From assembly GCA_900540895.1 (NCBI GenBank), contig UQHV01000014.1:2856-66855 (forward strand): a DNA stretch of 64,000 nt, in the 5' to 3' direction. Source of the stretch: an uncultured Collinsella sp. Lineage in GTDB: Bacteria > Actinomycetota > Coriobacteriia > Coriobacteriales > Coriobacteriaceae. The notes under the pieces are model-generated. The model made no database searches and was not told where the DNA came from. It saw only the letters and a list, made by a program, of their open reading frames with translations. The position numbers and the translations under genes were made by a program. Shown here piece by piece: positions 10,496-19,580 of this stretch. Within the stretch, counting starts at the first letter, position 1; every line of letters begins with the position of its first letter.

Positions 10496-11173
10496 CTACA
10501 CCTCCAGCGGTACGATCCTTGTGCCATGGAGCTCGGAGACGCCCAGTGCCGCCGCCACGGTATCGCGGTTGGCCGTGGAAATGCCGCCGCCGGGAAGGAT
10601 GGTCAAGCTGTCGCCCGCATACTCGATCAAGCGGGCCAGGTTTTCGAAGTTGTCCTCGATCGGCGTACCGGCAGCGCCACCATGCGTCAGGATGCGTGTG
10701 ATGCCGCAGTCGGCGAGTATGTCAATCGCGTCGAGCTGAGCCTCGGGCGAGAGCTGATCAAACGCCATGTGGAAGGTGATGTCGATGGGCTCACGCTTGC
10801 ATTCCTCGGTCGCGCAGCCCGCGGCCATCACGAGAGCGCCCAACGTAAGCTCGTCGAGTGCCCATCCGCCAGCGCAGGGCTTGCAGCAGCCAAAGACCAA
10901 GCCGTCAACGCCGGCGCTCACGGCAAGGCCCAGGTCCATCTCCATCATACGCAACTCGTCCTGGTTGTAGTGAAAGTCGCCGCCACGCGGGCGAATCATG
11001 CACATCACCCGCGCATCGTGCTCGTGTGCATAGTTGGTCGTAGCGCTGATAACGCCGGCCGAAGGCGTGGTGCCACCAACGGCAAGGTTGTCGCACAGCT
11101 CGATACGCCTTGCACCGGCATCGATAGCCGCCGGCACCCGCTCAAAGTTCTCGGCACAAAACTCGTACAGCAT
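10496..11173 (-). CDS. cutC: Copper homeostasis protein CutC
   Basis: EFCAEN, RIELCDNLAVGGTTPS, MIRPRGGDF, TFHMAFD, RILTHG, PGGG; start trimmed to ATG 11173. Confidence 0.93.
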   Translation of the reverse strand: MLYEFCAENFERVPAAIDAGARRIELCDNLAVGGTTPSAGVISATTNYAHEHDARVMCMIRPRGGDFHYNQDELRMMEMDLGLAVSAGVDGLVFGCCKPCAGGWALDELTLGALVMAAGCATEECKREPIDITFHMAFDQLSPEAQLDAIDILADCGITRILTHGGAAGTPIEDNFENLARLIEYAGDSLTILPGGGISTANRDTVAAALGVSELHGTRIVPLEV

Positions 11174-11231
11174 AGATAGACCCCCAAAGACAGCAGATGT
11201 TTTCCGACGGGCATTGTCACACATCCCCATG

Positions 11232-11300
11232 AAGTTGCGGTGGAATAGGGACTCTTTTGGCCTCTGGAGCCCGTATTCAGTCCCTATTTCACCGCAACTT
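11232..11300. repeat. 22-bp inverted repeat with 25-nt spacer (REP-doublet-like)
   Basis: AAGTTGCGGTGGAATAGGGACT ... AGTCCCTATTTCACCGCAACTT (1 mismatch); abuts the liv terminator. Confidence 0.8.
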
Positions 11301-11338
11301 AAAAAGGGGCGCTGACTGAGATAGTCAGCGCCCCTTTT
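11301..11338 (-). terminator. Intrinsic terminator of the liv operon
   Basis: AAAAAGGGGCGCTGACT-GAGAT-AGTCAGCGCCCCTTTT just after the livF stop. Confidence 0.85.
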
Positions 11339-11348
11339 GTTAGGTGGG

Positions 11349-12062
11349 TTAGCCTCCGAGGTAGGCTTTGCGGACGTTGTCGTCATGCAGGAGCTCTTGG
11401 CCGGTGCCGGTCATGGTGATCTTGCCGGTCTCGAGCACGTAACCGCGTGTGGCGATGGAAAGCGCCATCTGCGCGTTTTGCTCGACCAGAAGCACCGTGG
11501 TGCCGGCCTTGTGCAGGTCCTCGACAATCTGGAAGATCTGTTCGATCAGAATCGGTGCCAGACCCATGGAAGGTTCGTCGAGCATAAGCAGTTTGGGGTT
11601 ACTCATAAGGGCGCGCCCCATAACGAGCATCTGCTGCTCGCCACCTGAAAGGGTGCCGGCGACCTGGCGACGACGTTCCTTCAGGCGCGGGAACTGCTCG
11701 TAGACGCGCTCCAGGCCCGGAGCAATTGTGGACTTGAGCTGTGTATAGGCGCCCATCTCCAGGTTCTCCTCGACCGTCATCTGCAAAAAGGCGCGACGAC
11801 CCTCGGGAACCTGAGCCAGGCCCTTACCAACCAGCTTATCAGCGGGCGTATGGGTAATGTCCTCGCCCATAAACTTGATGGAGCCGGTCTTGGAGCGCAG
11901 CAGGCCCGAGACGGTCTTGAGCGTTGTGGACTTGCCGGCACCGTTGGCACCAATCAAGGCCACGATCTCGCCCTCGTTAACGTTAAAGGAGATGTCCTTG
12001 ATGGCGTGGATGGCGCCGTACCAGACGTTGATGTTGTAGACGGAAAGCATCGGCTCTGCCAT
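11349..12062 (-). CDS. livF: Branched-chain amino acid ABC transporter ATPase LivF
   Basis: GANGAGKST, VPEGRR, LSGGEQQML, LDEPSMGLAP, VEQNA. Confidence 0.93.
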   Translation of the reverse strand: MAEPMLSVYNINVWYGAIHAIKDISFNVNEGEIVALIGANGAGKSTTLKTVSGLLRSKTGSIKFMGEDITHTPADKLVGKGLAQVPEGRRAFLQMTVEENLEMGAYTQLKSTIAPGLERVYEQFPRLKERRRQVAGTLSGGEQQMLVMGRALMSNPKLLMLDEPSMGLAPILIEQIFQIVEDLHKAGTTVLLVEQNAQMALSIATRGYVLETGKITMTGTGQELLHDDNVRKAYLGG

Positions 12063-12923
12063 TTAGTTCTCCCCCTTATCCTGCTTACCCAGATACGCCT
12101 CGATAACAGCGTCGTTGTTCTGGATTTCCTCGGCCGTGCCCTTGGCGATGACCTTACCAAAGTTGAGCACGCAAATGCCCTCGCAGATGTTCATAACGAG
12201 CGACATATCATGCTCGATAAGCATGATGGCAATGCCGAAGGTGTCGCGAATCTTAACGATGTTCTCCATGAGCTCCGCGGTCTCGGACGGGTTCATGCCG
12301 GCGGCAGGCTCGTCGAGCAACAGCAGTTTGGGGTTGGTAGCAAGCGCGCGGACGATCTCCAGACGACGCTGGGCGCCGTAAGGCAGCGATCCGGCCTGCT
12401 CGTTTGCCAGATGCTCCATATCAAAGATGGACAGCAGCTCCATGGCGCGCTCGTGGGCGGCCTTCTCGTGCTTCCAATACGTCGGCAGGCGCAGCACGCC
12501 CTCAAAACCGGAGTAGCGCTCCTGGTTATGCAGACCGACCTTAACGTTGTCCTCCACCGTCATGGTGTTGAACAGGCGGATGTTCTGGAAGGTACGGGCA
12601 ATACCCATGCGGTTGACCTGGTAGACGGACTTGCCCGAGGTGTCCTCACCGTCGAGCAGGATGGTGCCGTGCGTGGGCTGGTATACCTTGGTGAGCAGGT
12701 TGAAGACCGTGGTCTTACCGGCGCCGTTGGGGCCGATGAGACCGGCGATCTCGGTCTTACCGATGGTCAGGCTAAAGTCGTCGACCGCCTTAAGTCCGCC
12801 GAATTCAATGCCCAGGTGGATGCACTCGAGCGCTGGGCGCTGACCCAGGTCGCGGTCGGGAACGATGGCGCCAGAAGGATACGGGACCATCTTGCCCTTG
12901 TTGAACTCAAACTTACTGGGCAT
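12063..12923 (-). CDS. livG: Branched-chain amino acid ABC transporter ATPase LivG
   Basis: FGGLKAV, GPNGAGKTT, RTFQNIRLF, LPYGAQRRLEI, DEPAAGMN, IEHDM. Confidence 0.93.
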   Translation of the reverse strand: MPSKFEFNKGKMVPYPSGAIVPDRDLGQRPALECIHLGIEFGGLKAVDDFSLTIGKTEIAGLIGPNGAGKTTVFNLLTKVYQPTHGTILLDGEDTSGKSVYQVNRMGIARTFQNIRLFNTMTVEDNVKVGLHNQERYSGFEGVLRLPTYWKHEKAAHERAMELLSIFDMEHLANEQAGSLPYGAQRRLEIVRALATNPKLLLLDEPAAGMNPSETAELMENIVKIRDTFGIAIMLIEHDMSLVMNICEGICVLNFGKVIAKGTAEEIQNNDAVIEAYLGKQDKGEN

Positions 12924-14001
12924 CGGCTGCCACCTCCTTCTTGGAAGCAAAGCGGTCCTTAACGCGACCGAAGAATGCCTTGAGCTGCGGGTTGTTGGTA
13001 AAGATCATAACCAGGATCAGCACGATGGCGTAGATGAGCATGCGGTAGTCCGAGAACTGACGGAGCAGCTCGGGAAGCACCGTAAGCAGCGCCGCCGCGA
13101 TGACGGAGCCGCGCATATTGCCCAGACCGCCCAGGACCACGAACACCAGGATGAGGATGGACGTGTTGAAGTCGAACTTGGTGGCGGAGAGCTGCGAGAA
13201 GTTACCGCCGAAGAGAGCTCCGGCAGCACCGGCGAGGGCAGCGGAAACCACGAAGGCGATCATGCGGTACTCGGTGACGGAGATGCCTACGGACTCGGCT
13301 GCAATCTTGTTATCGCGCACGGCCATAATGGCACGGCCGGTACGGCTGCGAACCAGGTTGAGCACGATCACGAGTGCGACCATGACCAGGATGGCACCGG
13401 CGAGGAAGGTCGAGTATGTCGACACGCCCGAGGCGCCCTGGGCGCCCTTGATGATGGCGGTGCCGTCCTCGAGCAGATGCAGGTCGTCGATCGTGGAGTT
13501 GCCCGTGATGTTAAAGATCACATGCAGGCCGCGGGAATCGACACCCACGATAAGGCAGGTGACAACCTCTTTGATGATCTCGCCAAAGGCCAGCGTCACG
13601 ATAGCCAGGTAATCGCCGCTCAGGCGCAGGACCGGGATACCGATCAAGAAGCCCAAGATGGCAGCGGCGATAGCGCCGACCACGATGCTGATGACAAGGC
13701 GCACCGGATCGGACGGAACGGCGCTCTCCAGCGCGACGGCGGTGACGATGCCCGTATAGGCGCCGACACTCATAAAGCCCGCATGGCCCAGCGACAAGTC
13801 GCCCGCGATGCCGACGACGAGGTTAAGGGAGATGGCCATGACGATATAGGCCGTGATGGGAACCAGCTGACCGGCGATCATGCGCGGAATCATGTGGTTA
13901 GACTGCATAAAGAACACGATGGCGAAGGCCACAACGCACATGGCGTACGTGACAAAGTCGTGACGCGTCTGTTTGTCTTTAAGGAACTTCATAACGCTCA
14001 C
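12913..14001 (-). CDS. livM: Branched-chain amino acid ABC transporter permease LivM
   Basis: LSLGHAGF, RLSGDYLAIVTLAFGEI, AAESVGI, VVLGGLG. Confidence 0.92.
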   Translation of the reverse strand: MSVMKFLKDKQTRHDFVTYAMCVVAFAIVFFMQSNHMIPRMIAGQLVPITAYIVMAISLNLVVGIAGDLSLGHAGFMSVGAYTGIVTAVALESAVPSDPVRLVISIVVGAIAAAILGFLIGIPVLRLSGDYLAIVTLAFGEIIKEVVTCLIVGVDSRGLHVIFNITGNSTIDDLHLLEDGTAIIKGAQGASGVSTYSTFLAGAILVMVALVIVLNLVRSRTGRAIMAVRDNKIAAESVGISVTEYRMIAFVVSAALAGAAGALFGGNFSQLSATKFDFNTSILILVFVVLGGLGNMRGSVIAAALLTVLPELLRQFSDYRMLIYAIVLILVMIFTNNPQLKAFFGRVKDRFASKKEVAADAQ

Positions 14002-14883
14002 CTACACCTTCTCGGGGACGTACTTGCCCAAGAGGCCGGCAGGCTTGACGAGCAGGACGATGATCAAAACACCAAAGACGATGGAGTTGGCAAGGCTCGT
14101 GGAAATGTAAGCCTGCGCCATCGCCTCGATGATGCCGATGAGAATGCCACCGACAAAGGCACCGGGGATGGAGCCGATGCCGCCGAAGACGGCGGCGTCG
14201 AAGGCCTTGATGCCAGGCATGGCACCCGTCGTGGGCTGCAGCACCGGCGAGTAGGAGCACAGGAGCACACCGGCGATGGCGGCAAGGGCGGAGCCGATGG
14301 CGAACGTCATCGAGATGGTGCGGTTGACGTTGATGCCCATGAGCTGAGCGGCGGCCTTGTCCTCGGACACGGCGCGCATGGCCTTGCCCATCTTGGTCTT
14401 ACCTGTAAAGAACATCAGTCCGGCCATGATAACCAGGCAGGCGACGATGGTGACGAGCGAGACGGCGCTTACGTTGAACTTGGCCAAGAACTCCGGCACC
14501 TGGAAGGTGACGAGCGAAGTGAAGTTCTTGGGCGTGGCGCCCCACAGAAGCTGCGCGGCGTTCTGCAGGAAGTAAGACACGCCGATAGCCGTGATCAGAA
14601 CGGCCAGCGGGCCTGCTTGGCGCAGCGGCTTATAGGCCAGACCCTCGATGAGAACGCCGAGAACGGTACAGACCACACAAGAAAGAATTACAGATGCCCA
14701 GCCCGGGAGGCCGAGATACGACGTGGCACAGAACGAGACATAGGCACCGACCATGATGACGTCGCCGTGAGCGAAGTTCAGCATCTTGGCGATACCGTAG
14801 ACCATGGTGTAGCCCAACGCGATGATGGCGTAGACGCTGCCCATGGACAGGCCGTTGACCAGGTATTGGATAAAGACCGTCAT
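14002..14883 (-). CDS. livH: Branched-chain amino acid ABC transporter permease LivH
   Basis: GSVYAIIALGYTMVYG..NFAHG, GKAMRAVSED..AAQLMGIN, GGIGSIPGA; start trimmed to ATG 14883 (AGGGGG RBS). Confidence 0.93.
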   Translation of the reverse strand: MTVFIQYLVNGLSMGSVYAIIALGYTMVYGIAKMLNFAHGDVIMVGAYVSFCATSYLGLPGWASVILSCVVCTVLGVLIEGLAYKPLRQAGPLAVLITAIGVSYFLQNAAQLLWGATPKNFTSLVTFQVPEFLAKFNVSAVSLVTIVACLVIMAGLMFFTGKTKMGKAMRAVSEDKAAAQLMGINVNRTISMTFAIGSALAAIAGVLLCSYSPVLQPTTGAMPGIKAFDAAVFGGIGSIPGAFVGGILIGIIEAMAQAYISTSLANSIVFGVLIIVLLVKPAGLLGKYVPEKV

Positions 14884-15022
14884 GTTCCACATCCCCCTTT
14901 CGAATAGGTTTCCAGTTGATGTATGAAACAGGGACGTTACGCTGTCCCTAGATACCAAGCAAGCAGGGAAGGCCAAAACCTCCCCTGCTTGGGATCAAAA
15001 CCGCTCTATGTAAGGCGGCCAA

Positions 15023-16210
15023 TTAGGCCTGTACGTACTTGCCGTCGGTGATGACGTACGCCGTGGGTTCCTTCTGGACCTGGCCCTTATCGTTCCAGGT
15101 GAGCTTGCCGGTCAGACCGTCAACGGTAATCTTGAGCATAGCCTTGGACAGCTTCTCGGCGGCCTCGGTCGGGTCGGCGTCGACACCAAGACCGGCCTCC
15201 TTGAGGGCCTCGGCCACCGCGTGCACGCCGTCGTAGGCGTCGGCGGCAAACTGGTCGGGGGTATCGCCGTACTTATCCTTGTAGGCGTTGACGAAGTCGG
15301 CGTTCTTCTCGTCGTCGGCGGAGAACGGGGTCATGAGCAGCAGACCCTCGGCAAGAGAGGTGTCGAAGCCCTCAACGCCCAGGATGCCGTCCATGCCGTC
15401 GCAGCCCATCATCTTGACGTCGTAGCCCATGTCCTTGGCGTTCTTGAGCAGGACGGACGCCGGCGTGTAGTAGATCGGCGCAAAGATCATGGTGGCGCCG
15501 GCCTGCTTTGCCTTGGTCAGCTGGTTGGTAAAGCTTGTGGCGGAGTCGTCCTTAAAGGTCTCCTCGTCAACAATCTCGAGCTTGGACTCAGCGGCCTGAG
15601 CCTTAAAGGAATCTGCGATGCCCGAAGAATAGGCGTCGCCGGAGTTATAGAACAGCACGAACTTCTCGTCCGCATACTTCTGCGCCAGGAACTTGGCAGC
15701 GTTGACACCCTGGTTGGGGTCGGTGAAGCAAACCTGGAAGACGCAATCCTTGCCGTCGGTGACGTCCTCGGAGGACGCGGACGGGGTGATCATGAACGTC
15801 TTGGGGTCGTTACCGCACTCTGCGGCAACGGCAACCGACGCACCCGTGGTGGTCGGGCCGACGAGGGCCTGCATGCCCCAGTCGAGCAGGGTGTTGAAGG
15901 CGTTGACGGCCTTCTCGCCATCGGCCTGGTCATCCTCGGCCTTGCTGGCAAGCGGCAGCTCCTTGGTCGAAAAATCCTTGCAGCCAAGCTCGACACCCTG
16001 GGTAACGGACTTGCCGTAGGACGCGTTGGCGCCGGTCAGCGGGCCGATGGTGCCGATCTTAAACGAAGCGTCGCCCGAAGCGGAACCGCTGTCGCCGCCG
16101 TTGGAGGAGCAGCCAGCTAGAATGGACATCGCCCCCAGACCTGCTGCGCTCGCGATAACGCTCCTGCGATTCATAACAGGGTTCAATGACTTACCGGTGA
16201 GGCTCGACAT
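15023..16210 (-). CDS. livK: Branched-chain amino acid ABC substrate-binding lipoprotein (LivK/LivJ family)
   Basis: Twin-arginine-like NRRSVI plus lipobox LAGC; GPLTG, FTDPNQG, PDQFAADAYD. Confidence 0.88.
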   Translation of the reverse strand: MSSLTGKSLNPVMNRRSVIASAAGLGAMSILAGCSSNGGDSGSASGDASFKIGTIGPLTGANASYGKSVTQGVELGCKDFSTKELPLASKAEDDQADGEKAVNAFNTLLDWGMQALVGPTTTGASVAVAAECGNDPKTFMITPSASSEDVTDGKDCVFQVCFTDPNQGVNAAKFLAQKYADEKFVLFYNSGDAYSSGIADSFKAQAAESKLEIVDEETFKDDSATSFTNQLTKAKQAGATMIFAPIYYTPASVLLKNAKDMGYDVKMMGCDGMDGILGVEGFDTSLAEGLLLMTPFSADDEKNADFVNAYKDKYGDTPDQFAADAYDGVHAVAEALKEAGLGVDADPTEAAEKLSKAMLKITVDGLTGKLTWNDKGQVQKEPTAYVITDGKYVQA

Positions 16211-16481
16211 GCGGCTCTCCTCTCAAATCTCGTCGGGTTTCGGTTACCCGACAGGCCATCCTTCGCCGTGTTCGGCGTTCGCAAAATAGTAGACGCTTTA
16301 GTTAGGAAAAGTGGCGGTTATTTCGACTTTTCTTTGGATTTGTTCATTTATCCATATTTCTGCGTATTTCTATTGCTTTATGCAGTAATGCCACTTTATT
16401 GTGTAAAAGCAATGTTTCCGTTCTGTTACAGACATCCCCGCCCTGCATAAAACAGCCTCACCGGTCGCGCTTTATGCGCGC

Positions 16482-16677
16482 TTAGGCGGCGATGTACTTG
16501 CCGTCCTGGATCACATAGGCTGTCCATGCCGTCGGCACCCATTAGTGTCATGTCGTAGCTCATGTCCTTGGCGTTCTTGAGCAAAACGGACGCTGGGGTG
16601 TAATAGATCGGGGCAAAAATAAGCGTGGCTCCGACAAGGAAACTCCTGCGGTTAAGTACGTTGTTGATGCTAAACAT
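16482..16677 (-). pseudogene. Internally deleted, frameshifted paralogue of the adjacent livK
   Basis: MFSINNVLNRRSFLVGA joined to TLIFAPIYYTPASVLLKNAKDMSYDMTLMGADGMD (near-identical to LivK), then in a shifted frame AYVIQDGKYIAA* (cf. LivK C-terminus AYVITDGKYVQA*). Confidence 0.85.
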
Positions 16678-16927
16678 GGTGTCCCCCTTTTCGCTGGCCG
16701 CGGTGCGGCCGTCTTGCGGTACAGGGCAAACCTTATGGTGCAAACGTTGACAGTTTGTTACGGAGTTCCGTTTGTAGCGAGCATGTTTCCAATGTTTCCG
16801 CAGCGTTTCGGGGGTGCCGTTTTGTGCGACTCCTGTTGCCTGGCGAGCACGCGCCCTCTGTTCACGCTAGAATGCACTCAACCTTTAAGCGGTTAATCCA
16901 TCCATAAGATGCACGAAGGAGCTATCT

Positions 16928-18271
16928 ATGAGCGAACCCCTGCGCACCGTGAACGTCGGCCTCATCGGTCTGGGAACCGTCGGCGGCGGCGTGGCCCGTC
17001 TGATCAAGAGCCACCACGATGAGTACCTGGCAGCCTACGGCATCGACCTTAAGCTGACCCGCGCCTGCGCGCTTGCCTGGGAGCAGGCCGAGGCAGCCGG
17101 TATTGAGCGTGAGGCCTTTACGAGCGACTGGCACGATGTCGTCACCGACCCCGCCGTCGACATCGTCGTCGAGCTCATCGGCGGCGAGCACCCCGCGACC
17201 GAAATCTTCACCACCGCCTTCGAGAACGGCAAGCACGTCGTCTCTGCCAACAAGGCCCTGCTGGGCCGTCATGTCGAGACGCTCGCCGAGAAGGCGCGCG
17301 CGTGCGGCGTGCAGATTAAGTGCGAGGCCAGCTGCGGCGGTGGCATCCCCATTGTCAGCACGCTCGAGCACGACCTGGTGGGCAACAAGATCCTGACCAT
17401 CGCCGGCATTCTCAACGGTACCACCAACTATATCCTGTCGCGCATGGACGCCGAGGGCGCCGATTACGCCGATGTGCTTGCCGACGCGCAGGCCAAGGGC
17501 TATGCCGAGGCCGACCCGTCCGCCGACGTCGACGGCTTCGACGCCGCCAGCAAGACGGCAATCCTCGCTTCCATCGGCTTTGGCACCCGCGTGACCACCG
17601 ACGATGTCTACCAACAGGGTATCCGTACCATCGGCGCCGAGGACATCGCCCAGGCCCGCGAGCTCGGCTACACCATCAAGCTGCTGGGCATCGCACGCAA
17701 CACCGACGCCGGCGTCGACGTCCGCGTGCATCCCACGCTCATCCCGGCAGACCATATGCTCGCCAAGGTCAACGGCGCCATGAACGCCGTCTACGTGGTG
17801 GGTGACGCCGTGGGCGAGACCATGTTCTACGGCGCTGGCGCAGGCTCCTTCCCCACCGCGAGCGCCGTCGTGGGCGATATCCTATCGCTCTCCGAGCAGA
17901 TCAGCCGCGGCGTGGCTCCGCTGCCCGAGATTGAGCCCTACGGTCACAACCTCGCCTTTAAGCCCATGGACGAACTCCAGACCAAGTACTATGTGCGCCT
18001 GAAGGTCGCCGACCGCGTAGGTGCCCTGTCCGAGACGGTCGACATCTTTGCCAAGCACAACATCTCGATCTCGCTCATCAACCAGGTCGAGGACGGCAAG
18101 TCGGGCGTCAGCGATGCCTGCTCGGTCATCTTCTTGACGCACCGCGCACTCGAGAAGGACGTCCAGGCTGCCGCCGCCGAACTTGCCAGCGTCGACTGCG
18201 TGGCCGAGGTCGCCAACGTCCTGCGCATCGAGGACGTTGAGGCCTGGACCGAAGGCGTTATGGCGAACTAG
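16928..18271 (+). CDS. hom: Homoserine dehydrogenase with C-terminal ACT domain
   Basis: GLGTVGGG, VVELIGG, SANKA, GGGIP, GILNGTTNYIL, GYAEADPSADVDG, GAG..PTASAV. Confidence 0.96.
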   Translation: MSEPLRTVNVGLIGLGTVGGGVARLIKSHHDEYLAAYGIDLKLTRACALAWEQAEAAGIEREAFTSDWHDVVTDPAVDIVVELIGGEHPATEIFTTAFENGKHVVSANKALLGRHVETLAEKARACGVQIKCEASCGGGIPIVSTLEHDLVGNKILTIAGILNGTTNYILSRMDAEGADYADVLADAQAKGYAEADPSADVDGFDAASKTAILASIGFGTRVTTDDVYQQGIRTIGAEDIAQARELGYTIKLLGIARNTDAGVDVRVHPTLIPADHMLAKVNGAMNAVYVVGDAVGETMFYGAGAGSFPTASAVVGDILSLSEQISRGVAPLPEIEPYGHNLAFKPMDELQTKYYVRLKVADRVGALSETVDIFAKHNISISLINQVEDGKSGVSDACSVIFLTHRALEKDVQAAAAELASVDCVAEVANVLRIEDVEAWTEGVMAN

Positions 18272-18301
18272 CCCAACGCTCGCCTAGCAATACGCGCCTT
18301 G

Positions 18302-18336
18302 AGGGCTCCCGTCCGATGTAGGACGGGAGCCCTTTT
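18302..18336 (+). terminator. Intrinsic terminator after hom
   Basis: AGGGCTCCCGTCC-GATGTA-GGACGGGAGCCCTTTT. Confidence 0.85.
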
Positions 18337-18485
18337 GTCACCTGCCGTAAGCACAACGGCAGAGCATATTTGCGCGAGCCGCTCATCGGTAACGCGGGCT
18401 ACCGTTCACCGATATGCAAACGCGGCCGATTCCGGCTACCGCTACGCTGAGCTGCGTATGTCCGCCCGCGATGAGAGGAAGCACC

Positions 18486-19235
18486 ATGTTGCTCGAGGGC
18501 AAGAAAGCAATCATCACCGGAGGCACGCGCGGTATCGGCTATGCGATCGCCTGCCGTTTTATCGAGGAAGGCGCTGCCGTCACCGTCTTTGGCTCACGCC
18601 AGGAGACTGCCGACGCGGCCGTTGAGAAGTTGGCGGCCGCCTATCCCGACGCCAAGGTCTGGGGCCGCTCCTGCGACCTCACCTCGCTCGAGGCCGTGAC
18701 CGAGGCCTTTACCCAGGCTGCAGCCGATATGGGCGGTTTGGATACAGTCGTCAACAATGCCGGCATCTCCCAGCGCTCACCCCTTTTGGACTACACGGCC
18801 GAGGAGTTCGCTAAGGTTATGGACCTCAACGTCGTCGCCGTCTTTAATGGCCACCAGGCAGCCGCCAAGATCATGACCGAGGCAGGTCATGGCGGCACCA
18901 TCACCACCACGAGTTCGATGGTCGCCAAGTACGGTCAGCCCTCCGGCGTTGGCTATCCCACGTCCAAGTTTGCCGTCAACGGTATGGTCCAGTCGCTCTC
19001 GCGCGAGCTCGCCCCCATGGGCATCCGCGTCAACGCCGTCGCGCCTGGCGTAACCAAGACCGATATGGTCGCCAACCTGCCCGAAGAGGTTATTAAGCCC
19101 ATCGTCGCCACCATTCCGCTGGGTCGCATGGGCGAGCCCGAGGATGTCGCCAACGCCTTTGTTTTCCTGGCGAGCGACATGTCCTCCTACGTCACGGGCG
19201 CCGTGCTCCCCGTCGACGGAGCCGCCCGCTCTTAA
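18486..19235 (+). CDS. SDR oxidoreductase, BaiA/3alpha-hydroxysteroid dehydrogenase-like
   Basis: TGGTRGIG, NNAG, YPTSK, VNAVAPG, VDGAARS; GAGAGGA RBS before ATG 18486. Confidence 0.9.
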   Translation: MLLEGKKAIITGGTRGIGYAIACRFIEEGAAVTVFGSRQETADAAVEKLAAAYPDAKVWGRSCDLTSLEAVTEAFTQAAADMGGLDTVVNNAGISQRSPLLDYTAEEFAKVMDLNVVAVFNGHQAAAKIMTEAGHGGTITTTSSMVAKYGQPSGVGYPTSKFAVNGMVQSLSRELAPMGIRVNAVAPGVTKTDMVANLPEEVIKPIVATIPLGRMGEPEDVANAFVFLASDMSSYVTGAVLPVDGAARS

Positions 19236-19277
19236 GGGACCACAAGCCTCAGCTCCCAGCCTCAACATAGTCCAACA

Positions 19278-19322
19278 AAGAAGGCGCGCCGTCTGCATCA
19301 ACTGCAGGCAGCGCGCCTTCTT
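19278..19322. terminator. Hairpin terminator between the convergent SDR and antiporter genes
   Basis: AAGAAGGCGCGC..CTGCA-TCAAC-TGCAG..GCGCGCCTTCTT. Confidence 0.7.
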
Positions 19323-19332
19323 CTGTTTGAAA

Positions 19333-19566
19333 GGGAAGCTGTGTCCCGCAGTCCCGACTCAGACCGGGACGCAGCTTCCCTCAGGGCCATGTTTCGGAAA
19401 GAGCGCCCCGTTTTGAACGCCGATTCTGGGATACCGTTTCCGCAACGGGTCTCTCGCGGAAACTGCATCCCACTCTGAGCGCCCATTCCGGGACACAGTT
19501 TCCCAACGGCCCCCGTTTCGGAAACCACATCCCGTTCCGAGCCTTCAAAGCGGGACGCGGCTTCCC
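19333..19566. repeat. Tandem array of four palindromic units with exact 62-bp period (BIME-like)
   Basis: Units start at 19333, 19395, 19457 and 19519. Each is a 16-nt arm (SGGAA...YCCCR), a 16-nt loop and a 16-nt inverted arm (YGGGA...TTCCS), with 14-nt linkers between units. Confidence 0.85.
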
Positions 19567-19580
19567 CGAGAGAGTATCGA

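Noticed and set aside
16721..16745. ACAGGGCAAACC resembling the c-di-GMP-I riboswitch 5' part
   Set aside because: No GNRA-capped P2 stem and no following GACGCAAAGC segment.
8666..19235. Bile-acid gene cluster linking the BASS transporter and the HSDH-like SDR
   Set aside because: The genes are ~9 kb apart with unrelated operons between them, and BASS family membership does not establish the substrate.
19333..19566. CRISPR array interpretation of the 62-bp repeats
   Set aside because: The repeats are degenerate and alternate in orientation, the variable segments are only 14-16 nt, and no cas genes or leader are present. Kept only as a REP/BIME-like array.
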